From: Lama guanicoe
Lineage: Eukaryota
Reading direction: 5' to 3'
Assembly (NCBI GenBank): GCA_013239625.1
Contig: MU054212.1
Span: 7,941,412 to 8,005,411, forward strand
Length of the DNA stretch: 64,000 nucleotides
The notes under the pieces are model-generated. The model made no database searches, had not been told where the DNA came from, and saw only the letters and a list, made by a program, of their open reading frames with translations. Shown one piece after another: positions 24,473 through 38,245 of the stretch (position 1 is its first letter; each line of letters begins with the position of its first letter). The translations under genes and the position numbers were made by a program.

Positions 24473-27400
24473 GTAAGCTCCCTCTGAATGTCTGCTACCC
24501 TCTCTGTGTCCAGTCTTCCCTTCCTCTTGTCCCTCTTGGTCTTCATTCCAAAGGATTTTCTAGGGTAACCAACTGCCTTTTTTTCCTCTTGACCAGATAC
24601 CTGTCTCAAGAAAGTCTGTGTGGTTAATATAAATTTCAAATGCTTTGGAAAAGACTCGGAGAGTCAATTAGCACCATAGGAGATGGAGGACAATTGTATT
24701 TTACAGGCTGACCTTTATTAACTCATCCTACGCTTTCCAGAAGCTATGGACACTTGAAAGCGTTGGGTGATGGCAGGCCTGTGGAGCGATTTAATGAAGC
24801 ATGACGTGGGAGGATGTGTTGGCGCTCTCCTTTGCAAACTGTCCGAGACAGTGTTTCTGAGGCGTTGCTGTTATACAAGACCCCAGAGCAAGCAGGGAGA
24901 AGCTGAAAAGGGTTCCTTGACCAGCCGAGTGAAAGTGGCCATGACCTGCGTTAGGTGGACTGGTCAGTAAAGTACCACGCACTTAAGACAATGATGCCGT
25001 CCACACAGCATGACTGAAACTCCGCCTCATTATCTTCTCACTTCCCCTCACAGACTCAGAGAATTTCAGAGCAGTCTGAGATCTTAAAGGCTGTGCTTTC
25101 CAAACCTCTCATTTTACAGATGAAGGACCCAAAACTCAGAGAGATTGCCCCTTGTCCAGTGACAGCATGATAGTGGCAGAGCGGGAACTTACATACTCAG
25201 CTCAGATTTCTTTTCTGAGGCATATGTGGCGGCCCTGAGAAATGTGAAATGGCCCCTGCATCACGTCGCCAGCCGATCATCTCAAAAGGGCTTCTGCTGA
25301 TAGCGCCTAGTCTGGATGTGATATCAGCACCTCCGGTTTCACCGCTGGTTTGCAATATGAAGAAGGGAAATTGCTGGCTGGGCCCTCCAGCAGCCACATT
25401 TTAAGACTCTCAGAAGAGTCTGTGTAGTCTCAGTGTCCGGCCAGTGCTTGGGAGTCTTTGAGCCCAGCCCTGGAGATGTTCCAGCCACACTAATGTCATT
25501 ATGCCCGCACTTACGAGAGTCACCAGCTGTCCCTTTCTCAACCTAGCGTGGTGACAGAATTGCCTGTGCTCAGTTTGACCAGTGCACATTATTGTCTCCG
25601 TGATACTTACGTTTTGAGAAATTCCCCAGTTGAAATAAACCATTCTAAAACAAGCAGTCCAGCGTGAGAGATCCTACGCTTAGTCTGTGCAGACGTCAGC
25701 ACTGATGTGCTGCGTTGGGCCAGTCACTATGGTAGCCAAGCAGTGGGCCAGGGGGAGGAGGCTGTGGCTGCACGCGACAGGTGGCAGCGTGGAACCAAGC
25801 CCTGGAATTTCTGCAGCAGCATTTCCGTCCGTCCCCTTAGCAAGAGCATGGCAGCTTTCGGACCTGCCATAAAGTCTTTGGGAGACTTATTTTACTGTTA
25901 GAAGTGCAACAGTAGAAAATGTAAACAGAGAGACGTAATTTCCTGCTAAATCTTGGGGTATTGCTAGAGGTTTCATAAGGAATCAAAGCTAAAAAAAATA
26001 ATTTGGATTGACTCTTTAAATACAGAAATGGAGCCACATTCACACCAAGGAGGGGTAGTTTGTAAAGTAGATAGAGCTTAAACTAATAGAGTCAGATTTT
26101 TCACTTTCGTTTGGAAATTGGGAAGGGCATTTCGCGAAGCAGAGCTGCAAGTGTTCTCTAAGTGGCTATGATGATGTAGCTGAATCATTTCGAGACTGAT
26201 GGATGCTAAGCTTAAGGACTACGCCGAGGTAAAGAGCAGCTCACGTAAGTGTTTGGAAGAAATACTTGGTTCCTATTGCTCCGGCAGATAGGAAGGCGTC
26301 TGTGTCTACACTGCAGTTATTTGGTACACAGTGAGTAGTCTCATTGTAATGCAGGTTTACAAACACGTCCACACAGAGCGATCTCCTCGGAGAGACCCCC
26401 AGACGCAGCCACACAGAGCCCCCGGGCTGCAGAGCAGACGGGCACAGGCAGCCCTACTGCAAGCAGACTTTCTGTCTGACGGATTCTGAAATTTTAGACA
26501 ATGTGAGAGGTAAGCCAGCACGCCCCGCTACCTGGAAATCTAACTCAGACGAGAATATGAGAATAGAAATAAGAATAAAATGAATGTCCAGTTCCATCTC
26601 TTATAATAAACTTCTAATTATCCAAACAAGGGCCAGTGTGGAAACCTGATGTCCCTTCCTACCACCTGGCTGGTGATAGAACCCGGAGACGTTGTCCAGC
26701 TCATTAGAAATCAGTGAATGAGCAAATGAATGACTGAAGGTCAAGGGTTGACTTTTCTTAGCTCTTCTCACACTAATTTCTTTTCACTCTTCTTCTGAGA
26801 GTAAGTCCTCCTTAATCTCGGACATCTGACTGACGCTAGAGAGTCTAAGTTTGCTCTGAGATCCATTCCTCTGGCTTTACTCATGTCCCGCAGAGAAGAC
26901 GAGACGTTCATGGTCCCTAACGTGGGCAAACATCGACGAGTCAGTGACTTCATCTCATTTCAATTCAGGAGACTCTTCCTTCTTGGGACAGTCCCTCATA
27001 AAGTAGATTTTGTGACAGTGGCCTTGCTTTCAGCAAATATTATTTTCACATAGATTCAAGACTCAAAGTAGGACAATGATATATGTTAAAGGAAAGTCTG
27101 ATTTTCCTATTTTTGGAGGTCAATTCTTTTTTCTTTTTTTAACGTTCTTCATTATTTTATTTGAAAAGAATTCTAAAAACAGCCAAGTCATTTTAAAATG
27201 TGGTTATAAAATTGATCCATTATGCCATTTTGCTTCATCTTAATTTCAACTTTCTCATCCTGGAGTTTCTTATCACACAGGATGGCACTACTTCTAAAAT
27301 CCTGAACTGTGATGCAACAGTCTATGGCTACAATCATCCACCCATCCATCTTGATTACTCTATTTCTTCAAACAACTCCTGTTCTTTAAATTGTTCAAAT

Positions 27401-29409
27401 TTCCAAATCTATATTTCCATTCATAGACTTATTACTATTCCAAATCCGTATACAGTCCTCTTAGATCTGTTCACCTGGGTGATTTACAGACATACAAACT
27501 CAGCACATCTAAACTAAATTTATCAAAATTTTCAGGGCAATTCTTAATGCCAATTCTTTAATGATAATAAGAATAATAGAATAATTGTAGTAATAACCAA
27601 GATACACTCGGCGTTTCCTGTGTGCCGACAGTCCTACCGGTTTGGTGCTATGTGATTCTAATTTTCCAGGTTGAGTAGGTGATGAGGCTGAGACATAAAA
27701 AGGTCAAATAATTTGCAGATCATGGAGCTTTCCCTCATAGATGAGGGAAAGTGGGGAAAAATCATTTTGTTTCAGGCATCAGTTTAAACTCTGCTCTATT
27801 CATGCTTTCTGTTTCATTTTTTTTTAATGAGAATTAATGTGCTTTTTCCCCCAGACCGACCCTGTTTATTACAGGGCATTTTTATTATGCTCACATTCCT
27901 AACCTTTCCAGTGTGTGGTATTTAGACATATTTGACAGAGTGTATGTGAAAAGGGCAGTGGGACTTAACATGTTTTACATTGTAGATTTAGAGTCAGTTT
28001 TACGACAGCCATCCAGAACGCCCAATCCAGCTTATAATAGTCTTTCATAGAGAACACAGAAGCCTGGAATTTTCCTTTCTGTTAGACAGATGGAGCCTGG
28101 CTGAGTCATGTGAACATCCGTTCCCAGGGCTGAGCCCCCGATGCGTTGAAAGGTACCACAGCCCTAGTTCCGATGCGTGGATGTCAAGTAATCCTGAAAC
28201 TCTGCCAAAACCCTTCCGCCTTTTGAGTCTTAAAAACAATTGTGACGTTTAACGCAAGATGCACTAGAGAACCCACAGCTCTTTCTCCGTGCACCCACAA
28301 AACGTGCTGTTCACATCTGAGGCTCTGTGGATGTGCGAGAACAAAGGAAAAAGGGAAGAATCACACGAAACCAAATGTTCTTCTCTCTGCTTTTTATTTT
28401 ATCTGTGGCTGAAACTCGTTATTTCAAGTTTACTTGGCTTAGTGGGGTTTTTCTTAGCACATATGAAATTCAAGATGTCCACATTCTCTTGTCACTAAAA
28501 TTTTGTTCTGGTAGAAAATACTTTGTTCCAAGATTCCTGCATGTCACAAAAGTGGAATCTCCTTCCAAAGAATTTTCACAATTATAGGTAAACCGAGCAT
28601 CCTTTAATGTCACTCTTCCTTCTGTCAGACGTATACTTTGGATGAGTGGCAGATGGGATTTCATGGTAGTGAGGGAGACATGTCAAGAGATTCGGCCCCT
28701 TCCATCCTGCGTCCTGGACAAACTCCTGGCAAACTCACCTGGCCCAGTGCGATGAGGAATTCTTTTCCCAGATGTCTTGCTAACATTCTGGGGACCCGAA
28801 GTGATGCCAGGACCAAATAAGGGATTTCTCTCTGTTCACATGTTAACTTCACTGTCGCACAAACAAGAGTAATTATGTATGTGTTCCCTTCTCAATCCAA
28901 CACACCACATGACTGCAGAATCTAATATTAAGGGCCGTAAAGTCAATCTTTCTCATTTTCCTCAAATAATGCACAATAGGAAACTTAAGTGTAAAATCAG
29001 AACATTTCACTTGTGCATTTATTCATTTAACTAACGTATCTTGAAAACTTGCTATGTGTTAGGTGCTGCAGCAGAGCAGGGATGATAGGTGAGGAAGGTG
29101 GACCCCACCCTTAAAATGTGTTGTATTAAAGTTAGCTGGTTTCAACTCTTTCTCCCCAGTAGATGATGAGCCAATGGAGGGTGGGAGCCATATCTTACTC
29201 ATCTTGAGATGCCCAAATATGTACTGAGTTAATAAATGTGTGATCCATATGAACAAAGTAAGTCCCAGAGAAAGAAACATGTTGTCAGAGAGGCACGTTG
29301 TAGAAGCCAGGGGAGGAAGCAATTCTCTCAGTTAGTTAAGCCACCAAAGTGTGTGAGAAAGAGAAGAGGGAAAGTGGGAGTGCTTATCAAACGCTTGTGC
29401 AAAATACGT

Positions 29410-29752
29410 TGGTAAGAGGAGAGCTTCTGGGTTTTGTATTCTTAAATAGAGAGGTTGTTCCCTCAGCCTGTTCAGAACGACTTATTTGGGATCAGCGGCG
29501 AATTGCCATTCAAGGGCTGCAACCATGGCGCGTCCCCAAAGGGCAAGGGAAGGAGAACACTTTTACAGAAAGAGAAGGAAGTTGGGAGGACCACAGTGAA
29601 CGAAGAGTCCACGGCTTTTCATTGGCTGAGTCCTTTCCAGGAAAAGTCTTCCTTCCTCCTGTTGGGATGTTACCATCACAGGGTGTGAGAGCTCCCCCTG
29701 CTGGTCTCCTGACTCTGTTTAATTGAGCCTTTCTGTTTATTAAATTTTTCCA
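29410..29752 (-). mobile_element. probable solo LTR
   Basis: LTR-like composition with minus-strand CCAAT (cattggctga) and TATA-like sites; boundaries approximate. Confidence 0.45.
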
Positions 29753-29886
29753 GTTCCAACTTCAGCCTAACACCCCAGACCTGTCAATATCCATTTGCCT
29801 TTAGATTTAGTTGTTAGTAGATTTTCCTTCCCTAAAAGTAACAGCTTCTTAGTTAAAAGAAGTCAGTTTGTCTCTGTGTAGTCAGA

Positions 29887-29951
29887 GTGCAAAGCAGTTA
29901 ACTCACTTTTTCTTATGGTGCAAAGCAGTTAACTCACTTTTTCTTATGGTG
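29887..29951. repeat. perfect 31-bp tandem duplication
   Basis: gtgcaaagcagttaactcactttttcttatg x2 plus gtg. Confidence 0.95.
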
Positions 29952-31249
29952 GGTCAAACTTTGAAGTAATCCATGTTTTTAAGACACTCTACCAACCTCC
30001 ATATATATATATGTTTTTTTTTTAACCAGAGAGTAAGTGCTTTTCTTTTTCCATTTTTAATCAGTTGTCCCTTAGGAAAATTTGAAAATTTTCAGAATGA
30101 GTAAACAAAGTACAAGAGGAAATAAAAGATTTCAAGAAACAATCACTTGTGAAACAATTTTAATTTATACCTTTGACCATTTGCTGGTTCTCTTAAATAT
30201 CCTTTTAAGTGTTCACTAAATACAAACATAATAATTTCACTAGGTATATTTTATTATCAAGCTAGAACAGGAAAGTAAAATTTGCAGGGAGAAAAGCTTC
30301 AGGATAAATGGCTTAAAAATAGCATATATTTCATGATGCCAAAAAACAAACAGTGGAGGGAAAAAAATGAGTAAAATATGTAGTATGCTTTGTGTTCTCG
30401 CTCTCCATTGAAAGAGAAAACACTGAAATAAGTAAAATTTTTGTTTTACTTTAAAAGTAAAATAATCCTTTTAATAAAAATAATAGGCTGGTAATAAACT
30501 TATTTTGAAAGCCTTTACTGTACCTTTCACACCAGCAGCTGTCACTCACAAAGAAAAGCTTATGCGGTCACGTCAGTGAACACTGATTCTAAGGCCCACC
30601 CCAGCCCTAACAGTTGATGGTCTGATGGACACACTGGGTGCTGTACACAGTGCTGTCAAACGCCTTTGGGTCTGTTGCCTCTTCCTTGAGGTGGCAATCT
30701 GAACTACGCAGGAAAGTCGAGCTGTGCTGCCGTAGCTTTTCACGAAAGCAAGGCGAGGGTGTAGACTTTTCCTAGGGCTCCTCTGGGCGCTGGCCTGCAG
30801 CACTAGGGACCGTCTCTGTTTCCCGTCCTCAGCATCCCCTGGAGGGTCTGCGCGCTGCGCCGCCGTGGCCACAGCCGACATTCCACCTGCCGCCGCCGTT
30901 TAACCACTTGACTCCTGGAGGCGTCGCGTGCACAGCGCTCACTTTGGAACAATATGCTGCTTTCCTGCTCGTTTGCCCTAGACTCCTGGGAACTTCCTGT
31001 TAGCCATCCTCATGAGCTTGACTTTTCATGTCATAGACACTTTAGGGGTTTCACTGTTCGTGAGTCAAGCTGCCCTGAGTTAGGAAGCTCCCTACAGAGA
31101 GTGGCTCTTGCATTCTCTATTTGGGGCACACCAACTTCTCCCTACCTTTTACTTCCCGTATCGATGCCAATTCTTTTTTTTTTTACAACCAAACAGGGAC
31201 CCTGACCCCAAGGTGACTTTGTTTAAGTAATGGTCTTTGGTGTGGAATC

Positions 31250-31560
31250 TTGTCAGAGGCCTTTAGAAAATCTTCTCTTTCTGCCCCTTTTCTTCATCCT
31301 GTTTTATCTACTGAAAATGTTCTTTAAACTGATCCGTTTGTGTTTAAATCTTTGATGTCTGGATTCTCCCTCGCTGAGTGGGTCATCTCCAGTTACTCCT
31401 TAAACTCCTTAAAGGTTTATCCAAAGCCTGGGCTGACCATGGTCTGGGCTCACCCGGTAGCTGTGTGCTTACTTCGATCTACCTTTCTGCGTGCCCCCTG
31501 AATCTTCTTGGTGACAGGGGTCACATTTGCAATCTGGCACAGTAGCTGGTATAACAATAA
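31250..31560 (-). mobile_element. ancient CR1/L3-like ORF2 relic
   Basis: minus strand near 31500-31540 reads IANVTPVTKK, resembling the CR1 reverse transcriptase motif ANVTPIFKK; highly decayed. Confidence 0.4.
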
Positions 31561-32656
31561 ATTCTAGTGGCCTCATTTCACCCTTGAGTTCCTGCAAAAC
31601 TCTCATTGAGCTGCCCTCCACTGGGTGATGTGTCTTGATTTATTATGTCAATTTGACAAAAGAGCTCTGATACAACCATTGTTGGATTTAATCGCCTTAA
31701 CCTCGCATTTCCAGTAACAATACAAGACTGGTGATCTCCCTAGGATCTTCTTCATGAAAAGCTAAGGTTTCAGAATTCACCCGTGAGCTATCATCTTTTT
31801 GATCCTTCGGAGCACTCTCTGTTTCAACATCATCTGTGGTCGAGCCTCTTTCTTGAGTTAAATTGTTCTCTCTGATTCACTAAAAGAAACTTGTATTTGC
31901 TCTTAAAGCCTCATGTGTAATACCCTTCCATTTCTCTGCACTTTGAAGGCTGCTTTATTGCCACATTATTCCTCTTCTTCCACACTTCGTAGACTGCCCT
32001 GTTATTATTTGAACTGTGTTTCAGCTTAGGAAAAGAAGCTAATTAAATTGTCGATACTTTCAGTTATCTGTGCAGTTGGGAATGCAGAGGATGTGGAATA
32101 ATTTTATACAAGGCGGTTTTTACAAAAGATTGCATTTTTATTATAACTACTTGCTCTAAAATTAGTAAACAACTTAGTGAATGGCTATTCAAAACTCTAG
32201 GGCACCTATTATAATGATTAATGCAAGAAATGTATTGTTCACTAACTCTGTGGGAGACAACGTGTGAGGCACTGGGCATTCAACTGAGAGGACAAGATTT
32301 CTGCCCACGAGGATCTCACGGTGTAGAGTTGAATCACATGCAGGCACGTAAATAAACAAATCGGGTCAGTGATCACTCACTGATGGGTGGGTAAAAGGTA
32401 CCAAGCGAAGGGGGGAGCGATTGCCTCCACATGCAGGGAAGGACGTTTTGGGAGCAGAATTAGTGATGATACTGAGCTGAAACTTGATGAATAAGTGGGA
32501 GAGTCCTGGACAGACCGTGTGGGAAGGGCAGGAGCACTGGGCGGGGGTGGGATGTGGCGTGCCGCAGAAATGGTAGCAGATGGGATAAGAGAAAACAGAT
32601 AAAGCTGGAACTATATCCTGTGGGCAAACAAAGGCAATAGGGTTTTAAATAATGAA

Positions 32657-32815
32657 ACACCACCATCCCTCGGTATCCGCAGGGGATTGGTTCCAGGACC
32701 CCCTACTGACACCAAAATCCATGGATGCTCAAGTCCCTTCCAGATGCCCCTGGTATCCGCGCACAGTTGGTTGAATCCAGGGATGCCGAACCGCGGATAC
32801 CGGGTGCTGACTACA
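32657..32815. mobile_element. MER2-like Tigger MITE, internally deleted
   Basis: ccctcggtatccgcaggggattggttccaggacccc...gaaccgcggatacc; imperfect terminal inverted repeats. Confidence 0.75.
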
Positions 32816-34338
32816 ATATGGTCAAATCTGTGAGATGAGTGGGGAGGCAGAGAGGTCATTTAAGAAATAATTAGAGTGTTAAAGCAAGAGCTGATGGAAA
32901 CAATGGCAGTCAGAAGGGAAAGAAGGAAATGGGTTTAGTATACAGCTAGGTGGGTATATCTGAGCCACTCAAACATTTATTTGGGTGGTAGTGAATTAAG
33001 AAAGAGCAAAAAGTCAAAGGCGATCCCTTCCCCAGGATTCATTTTTGGGTAGCTAGTTACTTGATGATTCTGACAACCAGAAGAGGGATGGTAGCGGGAA
33101 GAGGAGGTTAGTAGGTAAGTTGGTGGGAGAATTACAAAAGGGCTTTGAAAAGATAATTCCACTTTGAACACACTTGGTTTGATGTGGGGTACCCAAGTGA
33201 AGATTTCCAGTAATATAGTTATGTGAGTCTGGTGCTTAAGCTTAAAAATATAAATGGGAGAGTCACTAGCATAGGACTGGGTCAGTTTTGCTTTCCAGCT
33301 AGCTGTATTTCAGGTACTATGCTAAGAATGACAGCAACAAGGTTGAATAGCAAATGCTCGCTTTCTGTCTCTGAAGTCTAGTAAGGGAAAAAGACACAAT
33401 AATTTATTATGTCTTGTTCTTCTAAGATGTCAGATATATGACTTCTATTCATATAAATTATTTATTCCATATAGTAAACCCTTGTCAGTAAAGACCCTGC
33501 TTATCTTTCAGCTACATTATTATTTTAAATATTTCTTTTGATCATTCTTAAGAGTAGCAACTACCGAGGAAATGTATGATACACTTTCTGGTTCCAAGGA
33601 TATAAGAATAAGCAGTTTATTTCAACTGGAAAAATCACTGATCTGAAATGCTCTACGGCTTACAATATGCCCTTTACATCACATATGGTGAAAGACCAGT
33701 TAATTATATTTCTTAAATCAATGAACATTTGACAGCTTTGGTGTCATTTAGGTCAGAGAACTATTCAAAAGAGCGCTTACTTTTTGCCCCTTTAAAATAC
33801 CAACTCCCTTTGAAAAATAAATGTATCACATAAGGACAGTTGGCTTGTGGCTAGGAAATTATGGTTGAAAAAAAGTGTGATTAAAAAAAAAACCCGTATT
33901 TCCCCTAACAAAATTCAGAAATTATCTGACCAAAAAGAAAGATTTTTCTGAAGGCTCATTTAAATAAATTATAAAGAATGTGGAATCATCATGCATAAAG
34001 TTATTTTAGGAAACCCAAAGTGAAAAGGATGTTCTATCATTTTAATCCACAGTTAAACAGCATATAGCCCGTTGGCTACCAGTTGGTACTTTGAGCAAGT
34101 GGCAAGTGCAAAGAATAACGTAAAGATTCTGCTGTCTCTTGAAAAAGGGAAACATTAAATAGAGCGTTTTTCAGAAGTGTGTGTTGAACTGTCTGCACAA
34201 CCTTTTCTGAAATGGATGTGTTCACATAATGCATGCCGCTGCGATGTCGTTGTGACTTCTGCAGAACAGGAAATGTCATCCCTTATTACTGGAAGTTCTC
34301 CAAATGACATCTCTTTTTTTTCTGTTATTGTTAAACAG

Positions 34339-34424
34339 GGAAGGCCATGGTAAAATTTCAGTATTTGCTGTCAAAATGGCGTTAGCCACGTTGTGTGGAG
34401 GGAAGATCATGGACAAATTAAGAT
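34339..34424 (+). CDS. DTNA: DTNA exon (86 nt; [28 protein letters not shown](Y))
   Basis: ttaaacag|GGAAGGC...AAGAT|gtaagt; dystrobrevin EF-hand peptide. Confidence 0.97.
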
Positions 34425-35503
34425 GTAAGTGATTCTCTCCGTCTCTCTTTGCTTATTCCTCCTGTGTAGCACGTTTTCCTCCACCCCATTCCACCCCATT
34501 CCACGCCCTACTTTCGACTTCCCCCATTCTGTGAGAGTTGTTTAAGAAATATCTTTTGTTAGCCATCTTGATTGTGGCAGTGGCTTCACGGGTGTGTACA
34601 TCCATCAAAATTCATCAAATTGTACATCTGAAATATATGTAGTTTACTATACAAGAACCATTCCACAATACAAGTGTTTTTTTTAAAAAAAAAAAGGAAC
34701 ACGGTACAAATCAATTTAAGCGAAAGCAAGATTTCAACCTTTCCATCTTTTAACTAATATAGTGAATATTTAAGCTTTGCTGTGCCTTGTCATTCCATTA
34801 CGAAGAGTACATAGCGAGGGTGACAATGACTAAAGCTATCAATGGGATTATTTTAATTTACCCTCTCTGTAAAACTGAAAATGAAATAAACCAAGGTGAC
34901 CTGTCATAAAAAAAGAAACGCCATCTTCTTTGATCTTTGGATTTTTGTCGTAGAAATATTTTCATATTAGGTAAATGTTCTTGGAATGAATGTTTTTCTT
35001 CTATTTATGGATTATCATTACTTGTAAGCTGTTGAGTATGGCTAATTGGACTGTTCATGATATTAAAGTAAGATATACATTCTTTCAAGTTCGTTATACT
35101 GTGCTGTCTTGTAGGCATAAGTTTGTTGCCACAGGGAGATGAAGGTCATTCCTTTTTAGACCATCTAAAGCCAAAAATCCCAGCACATTCCCTCATTTTT
35201 CCCAGCCAATGATGTTCACGTCACTGGGAACCCCAAAGGCTCCCAGTAGACATGGCCAGAGGGTAGGCATAAAAATTGCACGTGGACTCGACAGACACAG
35301 AATTAACTGATGCCCATAAAGACATGACAGCTAAAGTGCATTGAGTGATTATGCGCCTTTCATGTACTTTTTGTCACTAAGTGTGGTAGTTTTTCAACCA
35401 ACAAAACAGTGGAAGTTTTTTGGTTTGTATGTTTTAGGTAAAGAAACTGAGATTTAGAGAATTACAGTGAATCATAGATGGTACCAGGAATTGAATCCTA
35501 CAT

Positions 35504-35652
35504 CAGTGATTCTCAACTTTTCATATGTATGGAATCACCTGGAGGGCTTTTTAAAAAATAATAGTAAATGCCTGGGTCCCATTCCCAGAGTTTCTGATTC
35601 AGTAGGCTTAGGGTGGGGAGAGCGGGCAAGAATTTTTATTTCTAACTAGTTT
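35504..35652. mobile_element. MER5A-like hAT MITE
   Basis: cagtgattctcaac...gaatcacctggagggct...cccagagtttctgattcagtagg. Confidence 0.75.
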
Positions 35653-37825
35653 GAAATTATGTATATGTCGCTGTTTAAAAGAAAAATTGTCACGTCACCG
35701 TGTCCTTTCCCCTCAGTATTGTGAGTTTTGCTTGTAATGCTGCGTGAGGAAGAACACTGTCAGGGGAGCTGGGAGTCCCAGGTTGCGAGCCCAGCTATGT
35801 CACTAATTTGCTGGGTTACCCTGTGGAGGTCACCTCACTTCTTCAGTCCTCCTAAAGACTAAAGGCATCACGTTCTTCCTCCTGGAGAAGCTTCCTTCTC
35901 CACCTGAAATTTGGAGAGTTTGTTAGACACCTGTAGCATCCCTGCTAGCTGCACTCACCTGTGACTCACAGCCTCGGGGCTCTTCTGTCACCTGCTGCCT
36001 GTCAGCTTCTAGATGTGATTACTTGCTTCTTCGTGGACCAAGAGGGGGAGAGCGAAGAAAGATATAAAAAAAAAAAAAGGAAAAAAAGCTTTACTCCTTT
36101 GGAATTTCCTCAGTCATGCTTCAAGTAAGTGTTACATCATCTGAGCAGTAGATAAGGGGGAGGCACATAGAAACCCCACATAACCCCACATCTTCCCTCA
36201 TTTCCAGAAACTTCCTTTCAGGGACTAGCCAAGTGCAGTTGGGACTCAGAGGAGCCCAAGCAGAAATAAGCTTCAGAGTGTCACAAATTCTGTAGAGAAA
36301 CAGACAGTGTGATCACGACACATCACGTTGCCTTCTCCCAGAGCAGCGGGCCTGACTCACAGCCCGGTGTGTCCCCAGTGCTCTGACTGGGGGGTTGCTC
36401 TCTGAATAGTTAATCCCAGGAAGGTAGTCTTAATGGTTTCCAGGTAAGTCGGTTGAAAGCAATTTGGCCAAAAAGAATTCAGCTAAAAGCAGTTTGTTGG
36501 AAGAACCTCTCCCAAATGTTGATTAGTCCAAAATGAATATCCTTAGTCACCAACATTTCAGTGACGATTATTGACTGAATGAGCAAATGTGGGCCAGTCG
36601 GCCCCCAGACGGCAGTGGCTGCGTCTCGGTGAGCAGACTGTGGGCGTCTTCTCCAGTCTTCTTTTGCTCACTTGGCATTTCATCATAAAACAGGCAAAGT
36701 AATGCTTTCATAATAAGCACTGGTTTTATAATAAGAAAAATAAAATGAAGGGCTATGGAATTTCTCAGGACTGGAGGGTTTTTTCTTCCCTCCTTTAAAA
36801 TCTGATTCATTTGTAGCCAACACGCCAAGTGTGCTTTTTTGGCAATTTTTCTATTTTTGTGCGTAGAGAGGAAAGATCTTTAGTTCAATCCAACTAGCCT
36901 CTTGATGTTGGAGAAGGCAGAGCAAGGGTAATTGGCTGAAAATGACTTAGAAATTTTAGAAAGCAAACGAGTAGAAAACAGCAGCAAATGTAAAGCTGAG
37001 TTTTAAAATGTCCCCAGACAACATTTTGACCTTGAGAAATTAAGTCCAAAATGAGCAGAGGCAGCCCGGTGAATTTACAGCAGTTTCCAGCTGTGTGCTG
37101 GCCTGGTCACAATCCAGCATGGTGACAAACCATGTCATAGCAAACCATTTCCTTCCGATAGTGACTTCCACGGAGGAATTACAGAGGACCTTGGGAAATT
37201 ATGCCATTAGTATTCATTAAGTGCACGCAGTGGCGGAAACTGAAGAAAAGAGATTCGGGGAAGCCAGTGGCTCTGCGGAGAGTGACCTAGAACATCGACT
37301 TGTGCTCACTGATCCTGGGCAAAGCCAGCTTCCTCTTGGCTGCATGAGACAAACCCTTCCCTGCAAACCAAGTGTCCTCCACCCAGAACACTAGGATTTT
37401 TTAGGAACTTTTCTGCTCCTATGCGAAGTTAATCAAGTGTTTTCATTACATCCATATCTCTATTATGTCTTTCATTTTTCAGTATCTTAGACCAAACCCC
37501 AAAAGTTTTAAGTGATAATATAGGTGGGTAATTAATTAGCTCACTCAATACACACACACCCCAACACTGTAGTAAAATTTTCACTGTGTCTCAAATGAGG
37601 TCAGCATATTTCTCAACATATACAGAAGTTCCTCCCGTGGAGTTATATATGAGTTGATAGTTGATTTCAAAATAAAACTGTGGTATTCTCTGTCTTATGA
37701 AAATACGCTAATTTTATCCAAATTATCTGTTAATGCTCTGTGCCAGAATCATCTGCAGAAAGACACCAGAGAAAACACCATGGCAGGAATATTTTGACAT
37801 AAAAATTAGCTTTCATACATTATTA

Positions 37826-37956
37826 TTTTTTCTGGAGGGGTTGTAATTAGGTTTGTTTGTTTGTTTGTTTATTTATTTAATGGAGGTACTGGGGATTGAA
37901 CCCAGGACCTCATGCATGCTAAGCACATGCTTTACCACTGAGCTATGCCCTTCTCC
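37826..37956 (-). mobile_element. Vic-1-type SINE
   Basis: gtaattaggtttg...ggaggtactggggattgaacccagg...accactgagctat. Confidence 0.85.
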
Positions 37957-38090
37957 CATGTCATTATTTTCTTAATAAATTACATATTTAATTTCTGCCA
38001 CATTTTTAATTATGTCCAGCAGACCTGTTGAACTAAAACAAAAGGAATCTTAATGTGATGAATAAATACCTTTCCTTTTCCATCCATCAG

Positions 38091-38245
38091 ATATTTTCTC
38101 AATGATTTCTGACTCCAGTGGAGTGATGGTTTATGGACGATACGATCAGTTCCTTCGCGAAGTTCTCAAACTACCCACGGCCGTTTTTGAAGGTCCTTCA
38201 TTTGGTTACACAGAACAGTCAGCTAGATCCTGTTTCTCTCAACAG
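38091..38245 (+). CDS. DTNA: DTNA exon (155 nt; IFSMISDSSGVMVYGRYDQFLREVLKLPTAVFEGPSFGYTEQSARSCFSQQ)
   Basis: catccatcag|ATATT...CAACAG|gtagga; overlaps ORF 38102..38359. Confidence 0.98.
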
